A stretch of DNA of 64,000 bases from Escherichia coli (GTDB lineage: Bacteria; Pseudomonadota; Gammaproteobacteria; Enterobacterales; Enterobacteriaceae). Shown piece after piece: positions 34,208-44,540 of this stretch. The stretch lies in the NCBI RefSeq assembly GCF_003334815.1, contig NZ_QOWO01000006.1; one strand, written 5' to 3'. The position numbers were made by a program, and so were the translations under genes. Position 1 is the stretch's first letter. Every line of letters starts with the position of its first letter. The notes beneath the pieces were generated by a model that saw only the letters and a program-made list of their open reading frames with translations, ran no database searches and was not told the DNA's origin.

Positions 34208-36223
34208 ATGGCTGAACTGACTGCGCTTCACACATTAACAGCGCAAATGAAACGTGAAGGGATCCGCCGCTTGCTGGTGTTGAGCGGGGAAGAGGGTTGG
34301 TGTTTTGAGCATACTCTTAAGTTGCGTGATGCCTTACCTGGCGACTGGCTGTGGATTTCGCCGCGGCCAGATGCTGAAAACCACTGTTCTCCCTCGGCAC
34401 TACAAACTTTACTTGGGCGCGAGTTCCGGCATGCGGTATTCGACGCCCGCCACGGCTTTGATGCCGCTGCCTTTGCCGCACTTAGCGGAACGTTGAAAGC
34501 GGGAAGCTGGCTGGTTTTGTTACTCCCTGTATGGGAAGAGTGGGAAAACCAACCTGATGCCGACTCGCTGCGCTGGAGTGATTGCCCTGACCCTATTGCG
34601 ACGCCGCATTTTGTCCAGCATCTCAAACGCGTACTTACGGCGGATAACGAGGCTATCCTCTGGCGGCAAAACCAGCCATTCTCGTTGGCGCATTTTACTC
34701 CCCGTACTGACTGGTACCCCGCGACTGGCGCACCACAACCAGAACAACAGCAACTCTTAAAGCAGCTAATGACCATGCCGCCGGGCGTGGCAGCGGTAAC
34801 GGCTGCGCGTGGGCGCGGTAAGTCGGCGTTGGCAGGGCAACTCATTTCTCGTATTGCGGGCAGAGCGATTGTCACCGCGCCCGCAAAAGCGTCAACGGAT
34901 GTACTGGCACAATTTGCGGGCGAGAAGTTTCGCTTTATTGCGCCGGATGCCTTGTTAGCCAGCGATGAGCAAGCCGACTGGCTGGTGGTCGATGAAGCCG
35001 CAGCCATACCTGCGCCATTGTTGCATCAACTGGTATCGCGTTTTCCTCGAACGTTGTTAACCACTACGGTGCAGGGCTACGAAGGCACCGGACGTGGTTT
35101 TTTGCTGAAATTTTGCGCTCGCTTTCCGCATTTACACCGTTTTGAACTGCAACAGCCGATCCGCTGGGCGCAGGGATGCCCGCTGGAAAAAATGGTCAGC
35201 GAGGCACTGGTTTTTGACGATGAAAACTTCACCCATACACCACAAGGCAATATTGTCATTTCCGCATTTGAACAGACGTTATGGCAAAGCGATCCAGAAA
35301 CGCCGTTAAAGGTTTATCAGCTCTTGTCTGGTGCGCACTATCGGACTTCGCCGCTGGATTTACGCCGGATGATGGATGCACCAGGGCAACATTTTTTACA
35401 GGCGGCTGGCGAAAACGAGATTGCCGGGGCGCTGTGGCTGGTGGATGAGGGTGGATTATCTCAACAACTCAGTCAGGCGGTATGGGCAGGTTTTCGTCGC
35501 CCGCGGGGTAATCTGGTGGCCCAGTCGCTGGCGGCGCACGGCAACAATCCACTGGCGGCGACATTGCGTGGACGGCGGGTCAGCCGGATAGCAGTTCATC
35601 CGGCTCGTCAGCGGGAAGGCACAGGGCGGCAACTTATTGCTGGTGCTTTGCAATATACGCAAGACCTCGACTATCTTTCGGTGAGTTTTGGTTACACCGG
35701 GGAGTTATGGCGTTTCTGGCAACGCTGCGGTTTTGTGCTGGTGCGGATGGGTAATCATCGGGAAGCCAGCAGCGGTTGCTATACGGCGATGGCGCTGTTA
35801 CCGATGAGTGATGCGGGTAAACAGCTGGCTGAACGTGAGCATTACCGTTTACGTCGCGATGCGCAAGCTCTCGCGCAGTGGAATGGCGAAACGCTTCCTG
35901 TTGATCCACTAAACGATGCCGTCCTTTCTGACGACGACTGGCTTGAACTGGCCGGTTTTGCTTTCGCTCATCGTCCGCTATTAACGTCGTTAGGTTGCTT
36001 ATTGCGTCTGTTACAAACCAGTGAACTGGCATTACCGGCGCTGCGTGGGCGTTTACAGAAAAACGCCAGTGATGCGCAGTTATGTACCACACTTAAACTT
36101 TCAGGCCGCAAGATGTTACTGGTCCGTCAGCGGGAAGAGGCCGCGCAGGCGCTGTTCGCACTTAATGATGTTCGCACTGAGCGTCTGCGCGATCGCATAA
36201 CGCAATGGCAATTATTTCACTGA
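34208..36223 (+). CDS. tmcA: tRNA(Met) cytidine acetyltransferase TmcA
   Basis: 671 aa; helicase-like P-loop (TAARGRGKSA) plus C-terminal GNAT-like region. Confidence 0.92.
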   Translation: MAELTALHTLTAQMKREGIRRLLVLSGEEGWCFEHTLKLRDALPGDWLWISPRPDAENHCSPSALQTLLGREFRHAVFDARHGFDAAAFAALSGTLKAGSWLVLLLPVWEEWENQPDADSLRWSDCPDPIATPHFVQHLKRVLTADNEAILWRQNQPFSLAHFTPRTDWYPATGAPQPEQQQLLKQLMTMPPGVAAVTAARGRGKSALAGQLISRIAGRAIVTAPAKASTDVLAQFAGEKFRFIAPDALLASDEQADWLVVDEAAAIPAPLLHQLVSRFPRTLLTTTVQGYEGTGRGFLLKFCARFPHLHRFELQQPIRWAQGCPLEKMVSEALVFDDENFTHTPQGNIVISAFEQTLWQSDPETPLKVYQLLSGAHYRTSPLDLRRMMDAPGQHFLQAAGENEIAGALWLVDEGGLSQQLSQAVWAGFRRPRGNLVAQSLAAHGNNPLAATLRGRRVSRIAVHPARQREGTGRQLIAGALQYTQDLDYLSVSFGYTGELWRFWQRCGFVLVRMGNHREASSGCYTAMALLPMSDAGKQLAEREHYRLRRDAQALAQWNGETLPVDPLNDAVLSDDDWLELAGFAFAHRPLLTSLGCLLRLLQTSELALPALRGRLQKNASDAQLCTTLKLSGRKMLLVRQREEAAQALFALNDVRTERLRDRITQWQLFH

Positions 36224-36296
36224 CTCCTTCAATTTTATCTCATGGTCATTGTGAGTCAGCGGCGTAAAATTAATGACATCAGTTAAGGAGTTCGCC

Positions 36297-36995
36297 ATGA
36301 AACATGACCATTTTGTTGTTCAAAGCCCGGATAAACCTGCGCAACAGTTGTTACTGCTTTTCCACGGTGTCGGGGATAACCCGGTGGCAATGGGGGAAAT
36401 AGGCAACTGGTTTGCACCGCTGTTTCCTGATGCGCTGGTGGTGAGTGTCGGTGGCGCGGAGCCGAGCGGTAATCCGGCGGGGCGTCAGTGGTTTTCGGTG
36501 CAGGGTATTACGGAAGATAATCGCCAGGCGCGTGTGGATGCGATCATGCCGACGTTTATTGAAACGGTGCGCTACTGGCAGAAACAGAGCGGAGTAGGGG
36601 CTAACGCCACGGCGCTCATCGGTTTCTCTCAAGGCGCGATTATGGTGCTGGAGAGCATTAAAGCCGAACCGGGCCTTGCTTCACGCGTCATTGCTTTTAA
36701 CGGACGCTATGCGAGCCTGCCGGAAACTGCGTCTACAGCCACGACAATTCACCTGATTCATGGCGGTGAAGATCCGGTTATCGATCTGGCGCATGCGGTT
36801 GCGGCGCAGGAAGCGTTAATCAGTGCCGGTGGTGACGTGACGCTGGATATCGTGGAGGATTTAGGCCATGCGATCGACAATCGCAGTATGCAATTTGCCC
36901 TGGATCACTTGCGTTATACCATTCCGAAACATTATTTCGACGAAGCGCTAAGTGGCGGTAAGCCTGGCGATGATGATGTGATTGAAATGATGTAA
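36297..36995 (+). CDS. ypfH: Alpha/beta-hydrolase esterase YpfH
   Basis: ATG 36297 preceded by AAGGAG; MKHDHFVVQSPDKPAQQLLLLFHGVGDN...; GFSQG nucleophile elbow; 232 aa. Confidence 0.9.
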   Translation: MKHDHFVVQSPDKPAQQLLLLFHGVGDNPVAMGEIGNWFAPLFPDALVVSVGGAEPSGNPAGRQWFSVQGITEDNRQARVDAIMPTFIETVRYWQKQSGVGANATALIGFSQGAIMVLESIKAEPGLASRVIAFNGRYASLPETASTATTIHLIHGGEDPVIDLAHAVAAQEALISAGGDVTLDIVEDLGHAIDNRSMQFALDHLRYTIPKHYFDEALSGGKPGDDDVIEMM

Positions 36996-37010
36996 AAGAC
37001 AGATTACCTG

Positions 37011-37089
37011 GCCTGATAAGACGCGTGAGCGTCGCATCAGGCATCGTTCACCATTGCCGGATGCGGCGTTAACGCCTTATCCGGCCTAC
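37011..37089. repeat. REP elements (pair) between ypfH and ypfN
   Basis: GCCTGATAAGACGCGTGAGCGTCGCATCAGGC and GCCGGATGCGGCGTTAACGCCTTATCCGGCCTAC. Confidence 0.8.
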
Positions 37090-37104
37090 GGTTGAGCACT
37101 CAGC

Positions 37105-37305
37105 TTACTTCTTCGGTTGATCCTTTTTCGGCCAGTCGTCGTCATCGTCCCACTTATCGTTGAAATCACGATGCGGGGGAAGCTCCGGCTTGTTGGCGAG
37201 AAATTTCTTATGGTCGACGCGCTTGAGATCTTTAATCACGTTCAGCAGGACGCCTACCAAAAAGACAATCACCAGAATCCACCAATATTTAGCCAGCCAG
37301 TCCAT
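37105..37305 (-). CDS. ypfN: Small membrane protein YpfN (66 aa)
   Basis: Track ORF 37105..37329; start taken at ATG 37305 ([23 protein letters not shown]...), one TM helix, acidic/lysine-rich tail. Confidence 0.85.
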
Positions 37306-37332
37306 GCTTATTTCCTCTTGCAGAACCACTCA

Positions 37333-38460
37333 TCAGGCGACGAGCTGTTCCATGATACGTTGATACATACGGGCAAGTAGCTGCAGGTCGGCAGCGTTCA
37401 CACATTCATTAATTTTATGAATAGTGGCATTGACCGGCCCGAGTTCCACCACCTGCGCCCCCATGCGGGCAATAAAGCGCCCGTCGGACGTTCCGCCTGT
37501 GGTCAGTAGCTGCGGTTTAATTTCATTATAGTGCTCAACCGCGTTAACGACCGCATCCACCAGTTTACCGCGCGCGGTCAAAAATGGCTGCCCGGAAAGC
37601 CACCAATCCACCGTATAGCGCAGTTGATGTTTTTCAAGCAGGGCAAGCACCTGCGCTTTGATCATCTCATCAGTCAGTTCGGTGCTGAAGCGGAAGTTAA
37701 ACTGCACAAACAGTTCACCCGGAATAACGTTGTTACTGCCCGTTCCCGCCTGAATATTGGCAATCTGCATACTGGTCGCCGGGAAGAATTCATTGCCCTG
37801 ATCCCACTCAATAGCCACTAATTCATTAAGGAAAGGTGCTGCGCGATGTACCGGATTGTCAGCCAGATGTGGGTAGGCAACATGCCCCTGAACGCCATGA
37901 ATGGTAAGGTTGCAGGTTAATGATCCGCGACGACCATTTTTCACCACATCACCTACCACTTCGATACTCGACGGTTCGCCAACCAGGCAGTAATCGAGAC
38001 GCTCATTACGTGCCATTAACGCTTCGACGACTTTTACCGTACCGTTGTGGGCACTGGCTTCTTCATCAGAGGTGATCAGAAATGCCAGTCGCCCCGTATG
38101 GTTGGGATGTTGTGCGACAAAACGTTCTGCCGCCACCACCATCGCCGCCAGCGAGCCTTTCATATCTGCCGCACCGCGCCCGAATAACATGCCGTCACGA
38201 ATGGTGGGTTCAAACGGGGGATTGATCCAACGATCGGCGTCGCCAGGCGGCACCACGTCGGTATGCCCGGCAAAGGCTAACGTTTCACCCTGCCCACGCC
38301 ATGCCCAAAAATTCTGCGTATCGGCAAAGTCCATGCGTTCAACGGTAAAACCGATCGCCTGCAAACGTTCAATCAACAAAGCCTGGCATCCTGCATCATC
38401 AGGACTCAGGGAAGGGCGGCGAATAAGCTGTTGTGTCAGCTCAATAACCGGGCACGACAT
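37333..38460 (-). CDS. dapE: Succinyl-diaminopimelate desuccinylase
   Basis: 375 aa, [26 protein letters not shown]...; M20 peptidase family. Confidence 0.95.
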
Positions 38461-38463
38461 AGA

Positions 38464-38838
<375 letters not shown>

Positions 38839-39200
38839 TTATGAGAATAAATACTCATTTAAGGGTGAAAACATTTTGCCTGCAAATGATTATCAGGAAA
38901 TATAACATTATCGAAGTATTCAAATTAACAACTATTAAATAATATTAAACATTTTTAACGTAAACATTAAGAATATTCATCTTGTTATCTGTCTGTATTT
39001 TAACCAGAATTAAATCAGTATTAGATGCCGTATGAATATCTCGAAATGTTGCTGTGTATCACATACAAATCATCACCGCAGGACCATAGTATTTACATAA
39101 GATTTGTCCCCCGGAGGTAGTCATCGCAGCAATCGAGTAAATTAGCTTCACCACGGTATATTGTTTCCGTAGAATACCCATAATTATAAGAGAGGTTGTT

Positions 39201-39260
39201 ATGATTGAACGTGAACTGGGGAACTGGAAAGACTTTATCGAAGTTATGCTTCGTAAGTAA
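39201..39260 (+). CDS. ypfM: Micro-protein YpfM (19 aa)
   Basis: ATG ATT GAA CGT GAA CTG GGG AAC TGG AAA GAC TTT ATC GAA GTT ATG CTT CGT AAG TAA = MIERELGNWKDFIEVMLRK; AGAGG 6 nt upstream; terminator hairpin downstream; not in the ORF track (too short). Confidence 0.75.
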   Translation: MIERELGNWKDFIEVMLRK

Positions 39261-39324
39261 TTCCTGAGACAAAGTACAAACAGCAAGAACCCGCTGAGCA
39301 GGTTCTTAATCGGAAAGTTGAAAA

Positions 39325-39353
39325 AGGCGACACATTGGCATGTCGCCTTTTTT
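39325..39353. terminator. Bidirectional terminator between ypfM and acrD
   Basis: A5-GGCGACA-cattggca-TGTCGCC-T6: stem flanked by an A-tract on one side and a T-tract on the other. Confidence 0.7.
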
Positions 39354-39358
39354 ATTGC

Positions 39359-42300
39359 TTATTCCGGGCGCGGCTTCAGCGGGAAGCGGCGGCGCACCAG
39401 CACAAAGAACAGCGGCACGAAGTAAATAGCCAGAATAGTGGCCGAAATCATCCCGCCCATTACGCCAGTACCCACCGCATGCTGACCACCGGAACCGGCA
39501 CCCGTGCTGGTTGCCATTGGCAATACGCCGAAGATAAATGCCAGCGAGGTCATCAGAATCGGGCGTAAACGCTGACGGCAGGCGTGGAGCGTCGCTTCAA
39601 ACAGGTCGTGGCCTTTTTGGTTCATCTCGTTAGCAAACTCGACGATCAGGATGGCGTTTTTCGCCGATAAACCAATGACCGTTAACAGGCCCACCTGGAA
39701 GTAAACGTCGTTTTCCAGCCCGCGCATCCAGGTTGCCAGCAGCGCGCCGATTACCCCCAGCGGCACGACCAGCATTACCGAGAACGGCACCGACCAGCTT
39801 TCATACAACGCAGCCAGACACAGGAATACCACCAGCAAGGAAATGGCGTACAGCGCCGGAGCCTGCGCGCCGGAAAGCCGCTCCTGATACGACATCGCCG
39901 TCCACTCCAGACCAAAGCCGTTTGGCAGCTGCTTCACTAACGATTCCATAATATCCATCGCCGTACCGGTACTGACCCCCGGTGCGGCTTCCCCAACAAT
40001 CTCAACCGCAGAATAACCGTTATAGCGTTCCAGACGCGGCGAGCCTGTTTCCCAGCGTGAGGTCGCGAAAGCAGAGAAGGGCACCATGCCGCCATCTTTA
40101 TTTCGGACATACCAGAGATTGATGTCATCTGGCAGCATGCGATACGGCGCAGCTGCCTGCACATAGACTTTCTTCACGCGACCGCGATCCATAAAGTCAT
40201 TCACATAGCTCGAACCCCAGGCGGTTTGCAGTGTGTCGTTAATATCGTCGATAGCAACGCCCAGCGCCTGAGCTTTACGCTGGTCGATATCAATCTGCAA
40301 CTGCGGACTGTCGTCGAGGCCGTTATGGCGCACACGGGTTAGCTCCGGGTTTTCCGCCGCCAGCGCCAGCAACTGATTACGTGCTGCCATCAGCGCATCG
40401 TGACCCGCTCCAGCGTGGTCCTGCAACTCCATATCAAAACCTGCAGAACTACCAAGACCGCTAATTGCTGGCGGGCTGCTGGCGATAACGCGAGCTTCTT
40501 TAATTTGGTTAAACGCCTTCGTTGCACGCTCGATAATGGCAAACGAGGTGCCGGTCTTACTGTCGCGTTCGCTCCAGTCTTTCAGGCGGATAAACATTCG
40601 CGCCACGTTTTGCCCGTTACCCCCAGGGCCAGAACCAACGGTGGCAAACACCGACATGATGTTGTCTTTTTCATGGGTGAAGTAGTATTTCTCGATTTGC
40701 TCAACGACTTTCAGGGTCTGTTGTTGCGTTGAACCGCTGGGCAACTGTACCGAGGTAGTAAACATGCCACGGTCTTCCAGCGGTAAGAACGACGTCGGCA
40801 AACGCAGGAACAGGAACACCATGCCGCCAAGCAGCAGGACATAAATCACAATCCAGCGCAGGCTACGGTGGAGAATTTTCGCCACCCCTTTTTCGTAGCG
40901 TTCGGCGTTGCGGTTAAACATCTGGTTAAACCAGGCAAAAAAGCCTTTTTGCCCATGATGCTCACCTTTTTTCAGTGGCTTAAGTAGTGTGGCACACAGA
41001 GCCGGAGTGAGGATCATCGCTACCAGTACTGACAGCACCATCGCCGCAACAATGGTAATAGAGAACTGGCGATAGATGGCACCGGTGGTGCCGCCGAAGA
41101 AGGCCATTGGTACAAATACCGCCGAAAGAACCATCGCAATCCCGACCAGTGCCCCCTGGATCTGCCCCATCGATTTACGTGTGGCTTCGCGAGGAGTGAG
41201 TCCTTCCTCACTCATAATACGTTCGACGTTTTCCACCACCACGATGGCGTCATCCACCAGCAGACCGATCGCCAGCACCATCGCGAACATGGTTAAGGTG
41301 TTGACGCTGTAACCGAAGGCGTAAAGTACGGAGAAGGTTCCCATCAACACCACCGGCACGGCGATAGTGGGTATCAGCGTGGCGCGGAAGTTTTGCAGGA
41401 ACAGATACATAACGAGGAAAACCAGAGCGATAGCTTCCAGCAGCGTTTTCACCACGTCTTCAATGGAGGCTTTAACAAACGAGGTGGTTTCATACGCCAC
41501 CTTGTATTCCAGTCCATGCGGGAAATACTGCGCCAGCTCGTCGAGACGATTGAGCACCAGCTCCGCTGTCGCCATTTCGTTAGCGCCGGAGGCCAGTTTT
41601 ACCCCCAGCCCGGAGGCTGGCTTACCATTGAAGCGGCTAAGATAATCGTATTTCTCCGCCCCCATTTCGACGGTGGCGACATCGCCCAGCCTTACCTCTG
41701 AGCCGTCCTGATTGACCCGCAAGGTGATATCGCGGAACTGTTCTGGTGTTTGCAGCAGTGACTGGGCGTTAATGGTGGCGTTGAGCGCCTGCTTATCGAC
41801 GGAAGGTGTACCACCAAGTTGCCCAACCGCAATCTGCGCGTTCTGTGACTCAATGGCATCAGTGACATCTTTAGCCGTCATCTGGAAACTGTTGAGTTTC
41901 GCCGGGTCCAGCCAGATACGCATGGAATATTGCGAACCATAGGCATCGATATCCCCGACGCCATTCACGCGGCTTAACGGGTCCTGAATATTACTGGCAA
42001 CATAATCAGCAATATCCTGTTTATCCATCGAACCATCGGTAGAGACGAAGGCAATGGTCAGAATGTTGGTATCGCCGGTTTTACGCACCGTCACGCCCTG
42101 ATTTTGCACCGCCTGCGGTAACTTTCGCATGGCTGATTGCAGCTGGTTTTGTACTTGCTGCACGGCTTCGTCCGGATCGGTGCCTGCTTTAAAACTTAAA
42201 GTGACAGATGCCTGACCGGTGCCACTGCTCTGAGATGACATATACATGAGATTATCGAGGCCGGTCATATTTTGCTCGATAACCTGGGTCACGGTGTTTT

Positions 42301-42472
42301 CCAGCGTCTGGGCCGATGCGCCGGGATAGTTAGCGGTCACTCGCACATTCGGTGGCGCGAGATCGGGGTATTGTTCAACGGGCAATGAAAAAATCGCCAG
42401 GGTACCTGTCAGACACAACAGGATTGCCAGCACCCAGGCAAAAATGGGGCGATCAATAAAGAAATTCGCCAT
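39359..42472 (-). CDS. acrD: RND multidrug/aminoglycoside efflux pump AcrD
   Basis: 1037 aa, [41 protein letters not shown]...; RND transporter. Confidence 0.95.
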   Translation of the reverse strand: MANFFIDRPIFAWVLAILLCLTGTLAIFSLPVEQYPDLAPPNVRVTANYPGASAQTLENTVTQVIEQNMTGLDNLMYMSSQSSGTGQASVTLSFKAGTDPDEAVQQVQNQLQSAMRKLPQAVQNQGVTVRKTGDTNILTIAFVSTDGSMDKQDIADYVASNIQDPLSRVNGVGDIDAYGSQYSMRIWLDPAKLNSFQMTAKDVTDAIESQNAQIAVGQLGGTPSVDKQALNATINAQSLLQTPEQFRDITLRVNQDGSEVRLGDVATVEMGAEKYDYLSRFNGKPASGLGVKLASGANEMATAELVLNRLDELAQYFPHGLEYKVAYETTSFVKASIEDVVKTLLEAIALVFLVMYLFLQNFRATLIPTIAVPVVLMGTFSVLYAFGYSVNTLTMFAMVLAIGLLVDDAIVVVENVERIMSEEGLTPREATRKSMGQIQGALVGIAMVLSAVFVPMAFFGGTTGAIYRQFSITIVAAMVLSVLVAMILTPALCATLLKPLKKGEHHGQKGFFAWFNQMFNRNAERYEKGVAKILHRSLRWIVIYVLLLGGMVFLFLRLPTSFLPLEDRGMFTTSVQLPSGSTQQQTLKVVEQIEKYYFTHEKDNIMSVFATVGSGPGGNGQNVARMFIRLKDWSERDSKTGTSFAIIERATKAFNQIKEARVIASSPPAISGLGSSAGFDMELQDHAGAGHDALMAARNQLLALAAENPELTRVRHNGLDDSPQLQIDIDQRKAQALGVAIDDINDTLQTAWGSSYVNDFMDRGRVKKVYVQAAAPYRMLPDDINLWYVRNKDGGMVPFSAFATSRWETGSPRLERYNGYSAVEIVGEAAPGVSTGTAMDIMESLVKQLPNGFGLEWTAMSYQERLSGAQAPALYAISLLVVFLCLAALYESWSVPFSVMLVVPLGVIGALLATWMRGLENDVYFQVGLLTVIGLSAKNAILIVEFANEMNQKGHDLFEATLHACRQRLRPILMTSLAFIFGVLPMATSTGAGSGGQHAVGTGVMGGMISATILAIYFVPLFFVLVRRRFPLKPRPE

Positions 42473-42635
42473 TAAAAGAGGACCTCGTGTTTCTGCGTAT
42501 CGTTGTAGGCTTGACTTGCTTCACTGTAGCGGCAAGGTACGAGCCAATCGTGGAGAAAAAAAGGAGTTAATGTAAATTATCATGCCCTTTTATACTGAAC
42601 CTTAAGTGCAAGTATTCTTTGGTCAGTAGGAGGCA

Positions 42636-44336
42636 TTACATTAACTGACTTTCCTCACCCTCCGCAGAGCGAAAGCTAATACTCACTAACGTGCCGCCGC
42701 CGGAAGGTTGTGAAAAAGTCAGCGTCCCACCTAGCCGTTCCGCGCGTTCGCGCATGATATTCAGACCATAATGACCTTCGGGTTCTTTCGGTTCACCGAT
42801 ACCAATCCCGTTATCACGGATATAAACCGTGTGATTGCCGTCCGGCGCGGTGACGCAACTGACGGCGATTTCGCTGGCGTTGGCGTGCTTCATCGCATTC
42901 AGCACCGCTTCGCGAATAATTTGCAACAAATGCACCTGCATTTGCGCATCCAGTGCCAGGGTTGGCAGACGGCAGTCGAGGGTCAGTTTGGCGCTGGTTT
43001 GATTTTGTAACGTATCCAGCATTTCCCTCAATGCGGAGGGGAGATCCGCCTGCTGCAGCGTCAGGCGGAAAGTAGTCAACAGCTCGCGTAACTGCCGATA
43101 AGCATCATTCAACGCCTGGGAAAAATCGGCCATGATACTTTGTGCGGTGGCGTTATCTTCCGGTATCGAACGCTTCAGTAACGTCAACTGGATACGTAAG
43201 TAAGAAAGTACCTGAGCCAGCGAGTCGTGCAATTCGCGGGCGATGGTCGCACGTTCTTCCATCAACAATAATTGCTGAAAATGCTTCTGCGCCTGATTAA
43301 AGTACAAACCGCGTCCCAGCATCGACGAAACGCTGTTAAGCAGCGGTTCTGATGATGAAACGTGACTATTTTGCCAGTGCAGTTCGCCGTAAACCGTCTC
43401 TTGCATTGTCACCGGTAAAATCTGCATCGGCAATTCCGGGTTTGGTTGCCCTTCGCTAATCCGCCAGTTTTCACCGACATTTAACTCCAGATATTCAGCC
43501 GCTTCATTGTCGCGAACAATCTGCAAAATATGGCGGAAACAATGCACATCAATCTGGCTAGTGTTCAGCGCCTGCGAACACTGATACAACACCTCCAGAC
43601 GACGCTTGGCCTCGTGGAGATCGCGGGTCTTTTCTTCTACTGACGCTTCCAGCGAACGGTACAATTTATGCAGCTCGCTCGACATCTGGTTAAAGGTTTT
43701 TGCAAGCAGACCAAGCTCATTCGGCAGGTTGGTATCCAGCGGCGGCGAGTCGAACTGCCCGTGTTCAATACGCTGACTGGCGGTAACCAGCTGATTCAGC
43801 GGGGCAACCACCTGATGGCGTATGCGGCGCAAAGTAAAAAAGACCAGCGTGAAAATACCGATGCCGCCAGCCAGGGAAATCGCCACCACCAGCAGCATTT
43901 TGCGTTCAGCGTAGTGCTGTAAAGCCAGTACGAACAGGTCTATCTGATTAACATAATTATTAATATTGGCCTGATACCACGGCAAATCGCCCTTGCTGAG
44001 CCGATTATTCATCTCCAGCCAGTTGGCATTCAGATGCGCATAGCGAGTTTTTACTGCTTCTGGCACATACCAGACGTTGAGGTTGGTTAATACCGGTGAA
44101 TGCAGTGCCTGCTGAAATAACTGGCGATGTGCATTGAGTTGTGGACTGCCACTTTGCAAGTCGTAGCCCAGGCGGTAACTCTGCATACGCAGCGATCCGG
44201 CAATATTGATAGCCTCAGCGTCGCGCAAACTGCTCGCCAGAGTTAGCAGAGCGATACCCGTGGAAAGAATCGACAGCAGCACAATGTAAAAAAAGGCCCG
44301 GGCCAGACTGGCCGAGACGGGTCGTTTAACAATCAC
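42636..44336 (-). CDS. narQ: Nitrate/nitrite sensor histidine kinase NarQ
   Basis: Track ORF 42636..44360; start assigned to GTG 44336-44334 giving (M)IVKRPVSASLARAFFYIVLL..., 566 aa; conserved His in ELHDSLAQ. Confidence 0.9.
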   Translation of the reverse strand: MIVKRPVSASLARAFFYIVLLSILSTGIALLTLASSLRDAEAINIAGSLRMQSYRLGYDLQSGSPQLNAHRQLFQQALHSPVLTNLNVWYVPEAVKTRYAHLNANWLEMNNRLSKGDLPWYQANINNYVNQIDLFVLALQHYAERKMLLVVAISLAGGIGIFTLVFFTLRRIRHQVVAPLNQLVTASQRIEHGQFDSPPLDTNLPNELGLLAKTFNQMSSELHKLYRSLEASVEEKTRDLHEAKRRLEVLYQCSQALNTSQIDVHCFRHILQIVRDNEAAEYLELNVGENWRISEGQPNPELPMQILPVTMQETVYGELHWQNSHVSSSEPLLNSVSSMLGRGLYFNQAQKHFQQLLLMEERATIARELHDSLAQVLSYLRIQLTLLKRSIPEDNATAQSIMADFSQALNDAYRQLRELLTTFRLTLQQADLPSALREMLDTLQNQTSAKLTLDCRLPTLALDAQMQVHLLQIIREAVLNAMKHANASEIAVSCVTAPDGNHTVYIRDNGIGIGEPKEPEGHYGLNIMRERAERLGGTLTFSQPSGGGTLVSISFRSAEGEESQLM

Positions 44337-44540
44337 ACGCGTCTTCTCCACAAAAATCATTAATGTTCCAGTTCGCTGAAACGCAATTTAGTCAGTGATG
44401 GGATTATTTGATCTGCCACAGTTTATAGCGAAATAGTTACTTATTCTGGGCACATGAACATTGCCGATTCCCCTGTAAGTCGGGTAATAACAACACTCAT
44501 ATAAAGAATAAGGTTTTTACAACCAAAAAAGAAGGTCGTT

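Noticed and set aside
34228-35007. 259-aa minus-strand ORF inside tmcA
   Set aside because: Antisense shadow ORF of tmcA; Ser/Ala/Cys-rich, characteristic of reverse-frame translation of GC-rich coding sequence.
39059-39286. 75-aa minus-strand ORF overlapping ypfM
   Set aside because: Lies in an AT-rich promoter region and opposite the well-supported ypfM micro-ORF; more likely chance ORF.
44440-44470. Sigma54-like motif CTGGGCACATGAACATTGCC in the narQ-aegA spacer
   Set aside because: GG and GC elements are 14-15 nt apart rather than the required 12; does not fit the -24/-12 geometry.
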